Virus record (IMG/VR): IMGVR_UViG_2904584206_000001
Strand: one strand, 5' to 3'
Origin: an uncultured virus (IMG/VR IMGVR_UViG_2904584206_000001)
Lineage: Duplodnaviria; Heunggongvirae; Uroviricota; Caudoviricetes
Length of the DNA stretch: 64,000 nucleotides
Below are positions 57,142 through 64,000 of the stretch, in pieces. The notes below the pieces were generated by a model, which saw only the letters and a list, made by a program, of their open reading frames with translations, was not told where the DNA came from and did not search any database. Numbering within the stretch: the stretch's first letter is position 1; each line of letters begins with the position of its first letter. Position numbers and translations under genes: made by a program.

Positions 57142-58449
57142 TCAGGCAGCCGGCGTCAGGTCACCCTTGACGAAGGCTTCCGGACGATAGTCCGCCAGCG
57201 CCAGGCGCTCTTCGGCCAGGATCGTGACCAGGTTCTTCACGAAGTCGTCTTCGTTCTGCGTCGCGATGGTGACGCTGGCCTGCTCGCGATCGAAGATTTG
57301 CGCGCCCATCTTGAACGCACCGACCAGGAACTCGTCGAGGGTCATGGACTTGGTCGTGACCACCGGGCGGCCCCACAGACCCGGCTGCGCCGTGGACTGC
57401 GGATTGGTGAAGATGTAGGCACCGGTGGAGTCCTTCTGCAGCTCGATGGCGGTCCAGTCGGCCGGGTTCAGCACGATGCCAGTGGACGGATATTCCGCCA
57501 GCTCTGCCTGCAGCAGCGCCAGGCGCAGCACATCGATGCGCGTGGGGTTGTTGATCACGATGGGCGCGGAGTACTGGCTGGCCTGGGTATAGATACCATT
57601 CAGGTTGTTGCCGATGCCGGAGCCCTTCAGCAGCTGGGCTTCTTCGATCAGCGCCAGGCCGTAACGCAGGCGCGTATCGATGATCGATTGCAGGGCCGGG
57701 AAGTCGTTCATGATTTCCGACGAGGCCTTGATGAAGTGGGCGATCTTGGCCACCACCGATTGCGCCTCGGTCATCGTGATGCTCGACTCGGGCTTCTTCG
57801 TCCCCTCGGCGACCATCCCCGCATTGTTCACGAAGCCGGTTTCCTTGATGTACTGCACCAGGTTCGAGGAGGTCCGGCCCGGCGACAACAGGTCGCGCAC
57901 GGTCAGGCGCTGTTGCGGCAGAGTCACGATGCCGGGCAGGCGATCCGGTGCCACGGCAGCGCCGGCACTGTTGGCGGCGCTGGTGACAGCCTTCACCTGG
58001 ACGGTGATGCTCTTCTTGAAGTTGCCTTCCTTGACGTATTCCTTCAGTTCATCGGACTCGACCACCTGGCCGCCGATGGATTTCAACTCGACCGATGCAG
58101 GGCCAGTGGCGTGCTTATCGAGCTTCTGTTCCGTTTCCTGCAGGCGAGCCTGCAGCTCACCTTGCTTGACCAGCAGTTCATCGACCTTTTTCTTGGTGTC
58201 TTGCGACAGCTCGCCGGCCTTCTCGGCTTCCTTCAGCGCCTTCTCGCCGACTTCCTTCACCTGGTCGCCGATGCGCTTGAGTTCCTTCATGATCGGTTCG
58301 GGGTCACCCTCGAACAGGATGCCACCGGTGCGCACCATGTAGATGAACAGATAGGCGTGCAGGAACTCGCCGGTGTAGGTGATTGCTGCGGCCATCTTCT
58401 TGGAGATAGCCGCGTAGAGTGCGCGAACTTGATTCATAGTTTTCCTCAT
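57142..58449 (-). CDS. Major capsid protein, HK97 fold
   Basis: VAEG..KPES, KIAH, QLLKGSG, LWGRPVV, F.KNLV.I.AEERLAL. Confidence 0.95.
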   Translation of the reverse strand: MRKTMNQVRALYAAISKKMAAAITYTGEFLHAYLFIYMVRTGGILFEGDPEPIMKELKRIGDQVKEVGEKALKEAEKAGELSQDTKKKVDELLVKQGELQARLQETEQKLDKHATGPASVELKSIGGQVVESDELKEYVKEGNFKKSITVQVKAVTSAANSAGAAVAPDRLPGIVTLPQQRLTVRDLLSPGRTSSNLVQYIKETGFVNNAGMVAEGTKKPESSITMTEAQSVVAKIAHFIKASSEIMNDFPALQSIIDTRLRYGLALIEEAQLLKGSGIGNNLNGIYTQASQYSAPIVINNPTRIDVLRLALLQAELAEYPSTGIVLNPADWTAIELQKDSTGAYIFTNPQSTAQPGLWGRPVVTTKSMTLDEFLVGAFKMGAQIFDREQASVTIATQNEDDFVKNLVTILAEERLALADYRPEAFVKGDLTPAA

Positions 58450-59114
58450 GGATTGAAATTGAAGGCTTGCAGCGAAGCCAGGATGCCGCCGTCGGTGCCA
58501 CCGGACTCACTCCGGTCAAGCAGGGTCTTCAGGCCGCGACTGGCGACAATCGTGGCCTGACTCTTCGAGAACCCTGCCTCACGCAAGATGCCCTCGAATT
58601 CGGGGAGGCTCGGCAGCTTCCCGCCATGCAGGCGGGACTTCACGCTGTCGATCAGCGCCTCGGTATTCATGGGGAAGGTCACCGCGCTCACCTCCAGGAG
58701 ATCGAGCTCCTTCAGCGAGCGGGTCCGCTCTTTCTCGTTCCAGCTGTCGTCCAGGACGTAGTAGCCGATGGACAGCCCTTTGACGATCCGGCGCTTCATC
58801 AGGGAATGCGCCTGCGCGGCCAGGGGGATATCGTCCTTCAGCAGGAAGCCCTTCACGCGCAGACCGCGCTCATCCTCCTCCAGCTCGTCATAGCCGCCGA
58901 TGGGCTGCGTCTCATCGTGCTGCCACAGCAACGGCAACGGGTCGCCAGAGGCTTTCAGCCTCGCGAGGCTCTTGGTGAACGCACCCGGCATCACGATGTC
59001 GCGGCCGAGATCCACATTGCCGAAGATCGAGGCATAGCCACTGAAAGTGCCATCGTCCCTCACTTCGTCCGCAATGAAGGGAACGCGCTTGCGCGCCATA
59101 GTCTTGAAGCTCAT
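58446..59114 (-). CDS. HK97-family prohead protease
   Basis: FSGYASIF, LLWQH, GLSIGY, EVSAVTFPMN. Confidence 0.95.
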   Translation of the reverse strand: MSFKTMARKRVPFIADEVRDDGTFSGYASIFGNVDLGRDIVMPGAFTKSLARLKASGDPLPLLWQHDETQPIGGYDELEEDERGLRVKGFLLKDDIPLAAQAHSLMKRRIVKGLSIGYYVLDDSWNEKERTRSLKELDLLEVSAVTFPMNTEALIDSVKSRLHGGKLPSLPEFEGILREAGFSKSQATIVASRGLKTLLDRSESGGTDGGILASLQAFNFNP

Positions 59115-60415
59115 GGTTCTGTCACCTTGTCTCGTGAAAGCCAGGCGTTCAGTGCCTGGCGAACCTGGGTAGCGCCATCGGCACCCAGGCCCAGTTGGTC
59201 GATAGGAAGGAGATTCGATTGCACGGTCAGTGCATCGGCCTGGCCACCATGGACCGGCAAGTTCTCCAGTCGCCGGCACTCGTCGCGGGTCATGATCCCG
59301 TTCTGCACCATCTGACTGTAGAAGGCAGCTCGCGCTTTGCTATCACCGCGCAGCAGACCTTCCAACGAGATCTCTGCGTAGTAGCGGCGCTTCTCCTCCG
59401 GCCGGAGCAGATCCTTCCGGATGGCCTGCTCCAGCTTGACCGCCCACGGCCGCATGGCGAGCGTCACCAGCCAGGTCATCTTCTCTTCCAGGCCGGTGCC
59501 CCAGTTGCTGTCCTTCCCACCGTGGCCGACCAGCGAAGGGTCCACCCGGTACCAGCGGCAGATCTCCTCAATGTTGAATTTGCGGGTCGACAGCAACTCG
59601 GCGTCTTGCGGGTTCATCTTCAATTGCTGGAACCCGGCCCCCTTCTCCATCACCATGACGCTGCCGGTCTTCTGCACCTTGTCCACGTGCTGACGGATGT
59701 CCTCCCGCTGCTCTGGCTTCAGCACCGAGTCCATCATCACCAGTCCGGGCGACTTGAGCCCATTGGTGAAGGTCTCGGCGCTTGCCTTGTCGGCGGCCAG
59801 AGCGGCACCGAACACGTTGGCACCAAAGGCAATCGGCGACAGGCCGTCGATACCGTTCAACGTAAAGGCCGGCACCTCCCACTGATTGGCGGGGGCGATG
59901 ACGCGAGACGTTCCGAGAATCGGATCGTTGTAGTGCCACTCGTAGACGCCGGGCGCAATGCGCCGCCGAGAGATGCACTCCGGGACCAGTGGGATCAGCG
60001 AGGTGATCGTGCGCCCTGCCATCCGCTTCTCGACCCTGGCATACCCGTGCAGCAGCATGCTGGCCATGAAGACCTGCCAGAACGTCGAGGCGGTCATATC
60101 TGCATTCGGCTGGGTATGGATCAGGTAATACAGCTGATGATCACTGGCCGCGATGGGCGTACCGTTCTTGTCCTTCTCATACAAGCCGAAGGGCAACGTC
60201 GAGATCACCTCGGATAGCAGGCGAACGCATGCCATTGCCGTGCTCAGTTGCAACGTGGAATTCACCGTCACGCGCTGGCCTGAGAAGTTGTTGCCCAGCC
60301 AGCCGCGCCAGAAGTCGCCATCCGTCAGCTGGATCTCTCGACCAAGCCAGCCAGAGACCGCGCCGGCCACCGCCGACTTCATGCGGCGGGGCCATGTTTG
60401 CTTATCTGTTTTCAT
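59111..60415 (-). CDS. HK97-family portal protein
   Basis: GLSPI, EEICRWYRV, LLRGD, TRDECRRLENLP. Confidence 0.95.
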   Translation of the reverse strand: MKTDKQTWPRRMKSAVAGAVSGWLGREIQLTDGDFWRGWLGNNFSGQRVTVNSTLQLSTAMACVRLLSEVISTLPFGLYEKDKNGTPIAASDHQLYYLIHTQPNADMTASTFWQVFMASMLLHGYARVEKRMAGRTITSLIPLVPECISRRRIAPGVYEWHYNDPILGTSRVIAPANQWEVPAFTLNGIDGLSPIAFGANVFGAALAADKASAETFTNGLKSPGLVMMDSVLKPEQREDIRQHVDKVQKTGSVMVMEKGAGFQQLKMNPQDAELLSTRKFNIEEICRWYRVDPSLVGHGGKDSNWGTGLEEKMTWLVTLAMRPWAVKLEQAIRKDLLRPEEKRRYYAEISLEGLLRGDSKARAAFYSQMVQNGIMTRDECRRLENLPVHGGQADALTVQSNLLPIDQLGLGADGATQVRQALNAWLSRDKVTEP

Positions 60416-62148
60416 GCAATGATCGGATTCTTCAAAAAGTCGTCCAGGTCGCCGGAGTCCTCGGGTTCTCCGAGCGTCCCGCCAACCGCCATGACCGCCG
60501 CGACCATGCCATCGACACGTCCCGTCGCCCTCTCCTTCGCGATCTTTCGATTGCCCGCTGGATCGGTCAGCAGAACCGCGTTCGCTGCGCACCAAGTCAT
60601 CACGGGATTGCCGTCATGGCGCAGGCGCTGATCGAGCAACATCCGTTCGAACTCATCGATGGCCGGTGCCATGTCCTTGAAGCCCTGTCCAAACGGTAGA
60701 AGGGGTGGCAATGCCACCCCTTCTCGGTTGATCAGATGCTGGAAGTCTTCCAAGCGCCAGCGATCACAATGGATCGCCCGTAAATCGAATGATGCTGTCA
60801 ATGCAGCGGCCCGATTAAGCACCGCGAGACGGTCCACCGCCCGGCCAGGCAGCGCTTCCAAGTAACCGGCATCGCGCCACACCAGATAAGGAACCCGATC
60901 CTTCTCCGCTTTGACGTGCAGCCCATCACCCGGCAACCAAAAATACGGAATGATCCGAGTAACCGGATCTTCCGGCGTGGGGTCCAGCGCCAGCACCAGT
61001 GCGGTCAAGTCCTGCGTGCTGGACAAGTCGAGACCGGCCACGCCGGCCCGGCCGTAGTACGCTTCCAGCGGCTGCTTCTCTTCCTCCTGGCAGGCGAACC
61101 ACACATCTGCCGAGATCCACGGGCTATCAGCCTCGGTCCACTGGCAGAAATTGAGGCGGCGGACAATGGCCTCTTTCGAGGGCATGCCGCGAGCATCGGT
61201 CACCTGCTCACGCAGGTATTTCAAGCCAGGAATGCCGACCGACAGACTCGGATTCGCCTTCTCCCAGCAGCTCTCATCCTGGAACGGATCGTCGCCAGGA
61301 TCGAGCGAGCAAATGAAGGCGAAGAGACTGTCATTCTCTTCCGTGCCAGCAACGACCTTGCAGCCGTACTCGTGATAGCTCCAGCAGACCGACCGCTTGT
61401 CGGTACCGGAATTGGTGATCATGAAGATCAGCGCCTGCTTCCGGCTCTTCGTACCGGCCCGCATCATCTCGATCACCAGCGGCGACTTGTGCTCATGCAC
61501 CTCATCGATCAGGGCCATGTGTGGCCGTGGGCCGGACTGTCCATCGTCCGCACTGATGGTGCGGAAGAAACTGGACGTGGCGTGGTACGCCAGGTTGAAC
61601 TCCTTGCCTTTGCTCCCCGAAGTCACCAGCCGCGCCGCCAACTGGGGCGACTGTTCATACATCGCAATTGCGTCCCGGAACAGGATCTGCGCTTGTTCTT
61701 TCTTGGTCGCCGCCGCGTAAACCTCGGCGCGCTGCTCCCGGTCGGCAGTCAGCCCGAAGAGACCGACGCCCGCCGCGAGCGGTGACTTGCCGCTGCCCTT
61801 GGCCGTCTCGATATATGCCACACGGAATCGGCGCAGACCATCTGGGCCCATCCAGCCGAACAAGCTGGCGACCACGAAGCACTGCCAACCGATCAGCAGG
61901 AACGGGCTTCCCTCAAAGACGCCGCCATTCAGGCAGAGCACTTCCTCGAAGAAGGCGATGGCGTGATTGGCCGCTTCCAGATCCCAGCGTAGGCCGCGCT
62001 TCTTCCCTTCCTTCAGATCGCGCAAGTGCCTCTTGCAGGCATTGCGCACGTCCGGGCCCGCCACCAGCGTGCCTTTAACAACAGCACGCGCGTAGGCGGT
62101 CGCTCGATCAGTCGCTGAAGAACTTGTTCGCGGTTTCCTTGGGCTCAT
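60412..62148 (-). CDS. Terminase large subunit
   Basis: AKGSGKS, IDEVHEH, WEKANP, GLDLS, RVDGMVA. Confidence 0.95.
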   Translation of the reverse strand: MSPRKPRTSSSATDRATAYARAVVKGTLVAGPDVRNACKRHLRDLKEGKKRGLRWDLEAANHAIAFFEEVLCLNGGVFEGSPFLLIGWQCFVVASLFGWMGPDGLRRFRVAYIETAKGSGKSPLAAGVGLFGLTADREQRAEVYAAATKKEQAQILFRDAIAMYEQSPQLAARLVTSGSKGKEFNLAYHATSSFFRTISADDGQSGPRPHMALIDEVHEHKSPLVIEMMRAGTKSRKQALIFMITNSGTDKRSVCWSYHEYGCKVVAGTEENDSLFAFICSLDPGDDPFQDESCWEKANPSLSVGIPGLKYLREQVTDARGMPSKEAIVRRLNFCQWTEADSPWISADVWFACQEEEKQPLEAYYGRAGVAGLDLSSTQDLTALVLALDPTPEDPVTRIIPYFWLPGDGLHVKAEKDRVPYLVWRDAGYLEALPGRAVDRLAVLNRAAALTASFDLRAIHCDRWRLEDFQHLINREGVALPPLLPFGQGFKDMAPAIDEFERMLLDQRLRHDGNPVMTWCAANAVLLTDPAGNRKIAKERATGRVDGMVAAVMAVGGTLGEPEDSGDLDDFLKNPIIA

Positions 62149-62623
62149 TGGGGAAGAGCTCCCCTTGAGGAGCGTTGACGTTCAGGCGCATGCGCGCCGA
62201 TGGGTTCAGGCCGAACGATGCGCCGGCGGTCCGCATCCGATCCTCGGCGCGGTTCGATATCTGCATCCAGACGGACATTTGCTTGTAACCACTGGGCGTC
62301 ATCTCGGAAAAACCTTGCTCGCCCAGCTCGGTGATCTTCTCGCGGGCGCGCTTCCAGTCGCCCCAGGCCTGGCAGTACACCGCCAGTTCGGCCCGGTCGA
62401 CGCGGGACAGCAGCCCCATCACGAGCAGGTCTGCGACGATGCGATTCCATTCTTCGCGCGCATCCTCCGAGAGGAACGCGGGACACTCGGGTGGCGCAGC
62501 CGGTGCGACGACCGGCCGGCCCGCGCCAGCCAGTTCAGCCGCGCTTTTTTTACTGCGATTGCCGCCAATCAGATGCAATGCTGCTGGGATCGGCTTGCGG
62601 CCAGAGTTGGAATTGCCAGCCAT
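62108..62623 (-). CDS. Terminase small subunit (P27 family)
   Basis: GRKPIP, P.CP.FL, YCQAW, FGLNPSAR. Confidence 0.9.
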   Translation of the reverse strand: MAGNSNSGRKPIPAALHLIGGNRSKKSAAELAGAGRPVVAPAAPPECPAFLSEDAREEWNRIVADLLVMGLLSRVDRAELAVYCQAWGDWKRAREKITELGEQGFSEMTPSGYKQMSVWMQISNRAEDRMRTAGASFGLNPSARMRLNVNAPQGELFPNEPKETANKFFSD

Positions 62624-62645
62624 GCTGACCTCCTATGTCGAGATA

Positions 62646-62729
62646 CCCCCCTCCCATATTTCCCGCTCTGAAAAAAAACGGGAGGCGAGCGGTGTGGGAG
62701 AGGCGCGGCCGGAACTTTCGACCCGCCCC
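62646..62729 (-). other. Putative cos/packaging region of prophage 2
   Basis: GGGGCGGGTCGAAAGTT...GAAATATGGGAGGGGGG immediately upstream of TerS. Confidence 0.4.
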
Positions 62730-62830
62730 TGGCCCATTTTGTTGTAAAAATGCAACTTTTATTGAAAAAATGCAACGTTTTGTGCACCAGCCCGCAACCC
62801 AAAGCCGGGCGCGGCTTTCCGGGCGGCTCT

Positions 62831-63076
62831 CTAGCCCTCTGCCACGGCCAATGCAACTGGCGGCATCGAACCACCAAACACAACCAGACCGACCGGCTTA
62901 CCGGCAACCAGCAGCGCGATCTCTTCTTCAGTTGGTTGCCAATACGAGATCACGACCTGTTGCCCGTTGATCTCCGACCAGGTGACAGGTAATGCATCGC
63001 AAGCGATGCGCTCATGGTCCCAGTCCACTGGCGCACCGAGCATGCCGTTGTTACTTGGATGTGAGGTGAAATTCAT
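62831..63076 (-). CDS. Phage hypothetical protein
   Basis: Overlaps the HNH stop; S.W.PT.EE..L..G. Confidence 0.55.
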   Translation of the reverse strand: MNFTSHPSNNGMLGAPVDWDHERIACDALPVTWSEINGQQVVISYWQPTEEEIALLVAGKPVGLVVFGGSMPPVALAVAEG

Positions 63077-63381
63077 TTCCGGTTCCAATGATGGTTTCGA
63101 TCTAAAGGCAGGCCGAATTCATCGCAGCCGCGCATGACACCGCTCTTCTCCATTTGCTGCTTGATCGAGTCATGGCATGGCTTGCATAAGGACTGCAGGT
63201 TCGTTGGGTCGGAGAACTTTGCTTCGTCACCGCGATGCGGCTCGATGTGGTCAACAACGGTGGCCGCGGTAACGCGGCGTTGCTCCGCGCAGAACTGGCA
63301 AAGCGGTTGCTTCTGAAGCTGGTGATAACGCAACCGGTACCACGCCTTCGTCCCATAAAGATGTCTATAAGCTGCTGCCAT
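63073..63381 (-). CDS. HNH endonuclease (packaging-associated)
   Basis: PLCQFC, VVDHIEPHRGD, NLQSLCKPCH. Confidence 0.9.
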   Translation of the reverse strand: MAAAYRHLYGTKAWYRLRYHQLQKQPLCQFCAEQRRVTAATVVDHIEPHRGDEAKFSDPTNLQSLCKPCHDSIKQQMEKSGVMRGCDEFGLPLDRNHHWNRK

Positions 63382-63598
63382 TGCTCGGCAACTGTTCAAC
63401 GAATTCGCGTGACAAATCGATGTCAAGCGAGACACCCACAAAGGTAATCACTGCCTCAATCTCGCCTTCGCTGGTTATCGGTCGCAAGTCAATGCGCGTC
63501 ACCCCAGGAACGACCGTACCGTCCGGCATCACAACCCGCGTTCCCATTCCACTACCATCGCTCACAATCTTGAGCTTCTGATCGTTCCACCTTGCCAT
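63365..63598 (-). CDS. Phage hypothetical protein
   Basis: GAGG RBS; first ORF of the late operon. Confidence 0.5.
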   Translation of the reverse strand: MARWNDQKLKIVSDGSGMGTRVVMPDGTVVPGVTRIDLRPITSEGEIEAVITFVGVSLDIDLSREFVEQLPSNGSSL

Positions 63599-63735
63599 GA
63601 CCACCTCGACGATGAAGAGCGCCGGTGAACGAAGCTTCCGGGCCGGCGCGCTGATTCGGAAAACTGAAAATAGAGACATCTGCAGTTCGTTACTGGTGGC
63701 CGCGTATGGCGGCGGCCTCGCCAATAATTCAGGCG

Positions 63736-63771
63736 AAAAAAAACCGCGCAGCGGATGCTTGCGCGGTTTTT
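63736..63771. terminator. tR'-like terminator
   Basis: A8-CCGCGCA...TGCGCGG-T-run hairpin. Confidence 0.7.
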
Positions 63772-63799
63772 ACGGACTTGTGACGTGTATCGGATTGGG

Positions 63800-63829
63800 A
63801 CTATAAATTGCACCGATTTATGCAGTCAA
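63800..63829 (-). promoter_or_regulatory. pR'-like late promoter
   Basis: TTGACT-18 bp-TATAGT, about 30 bp upstream of the terminator. Confidence 0.55.
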
Positions 63830-63853
63830 GCGATTTCTGTGGAAAAGTAGATT

Positions 63854-64000
63854 CTAACTTTCGTGCAGCTCGGCCGAGCGGATCCCGATGACATCGCGGT
63901 AGGCCGCCAACGCCTGGACCTCAACCTGCTTCAGTCGCTCATGGATCTTGTTACGTTGATTGTGCACATTGCGGATCGGCACTTTAGCGCGATCAGCGGC
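63854..64000 (-). CDS. C-terminus of a probable Q-like antiterminator / late regulator (partial)
   Basis: Open frame AADRAKVPIRNVHNQRNKIH...ES* directly before the promoter-terminator pair. Confidence 0.4.
   Translation of the reverse strand, partial: AADRAKVPIRNVHNQRNKIHERLKQVEVQALAAYRDVIGIRSAELHES

Larger units (their letters stand above)
38259..64000 (-). mobile_element. Prophage 2 (partial): HK97-type head, Mu-like contractile tail, distal morons
   Basis: HNH-TerS-TerL-portal-protease-MCP-connectors-sheath-tube-TMP-gp44-48-fibre-lysis on the minus strand; left boundary inferred from the tRNA-Leu fragment and arm. Confidence 0.8.

Noticed and set aside
7308..62078. Long antisense ORFs (e.g. 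9365-11050, 19962-21416, 31277-32758, 52759-54777, 57298-58560)
   Set aside because: Shadow frames of high-GC phage genes with clear products on the opposite strand

Overview
This window holds two neighbouring prophages with accessory cargo between them. The host is probably a Burkholderiales-like betaproteobacterium, inferred from high GC and gene families. (1) An apparently complete P2-like prophage of about 34.2 kb is bounded by an exact 22-bp direct repeat (455-476 / 34677-34698) resembling the antisense 3' end of initiator tRNA-Met. It uses a large serine recombinase whose own C-terminus contains the att core. Cargo: an exported esterase, an AAA+ ATPase / small protein / GNAT-toxin cluster, a umuDC deletion remnant under a LexA box, and an AbiV-like HEPN moron. 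Its immunity operon is unusual: the XRE repressor's C-tail and the N-terminus of a co-oriented membrane protein share an IxAxxxIGQxIxG[DN][IV]H motif. (2) A 3.5-kb cassette carries a LexA-boxed orphan tail-fibre-like gene, homologous to the fibre of the second prophage, and a GT-C-like membrane glycosyltransferase. It ends in a degenerate att copy fused to a tRNA-Leu 3' half. (3) Morons (Ntn-hydrolase-like, membrane protein, CapRel, SGNH hydrolase) are followed by the minus-strand late operon of a prophage with an HK97-type head and Mu-like contractile tail, which runs off the right edge. I found no intact tRNA, rRNA or CRISPR array. All family calls come from motifs and synteny read by eye; no database search was run.
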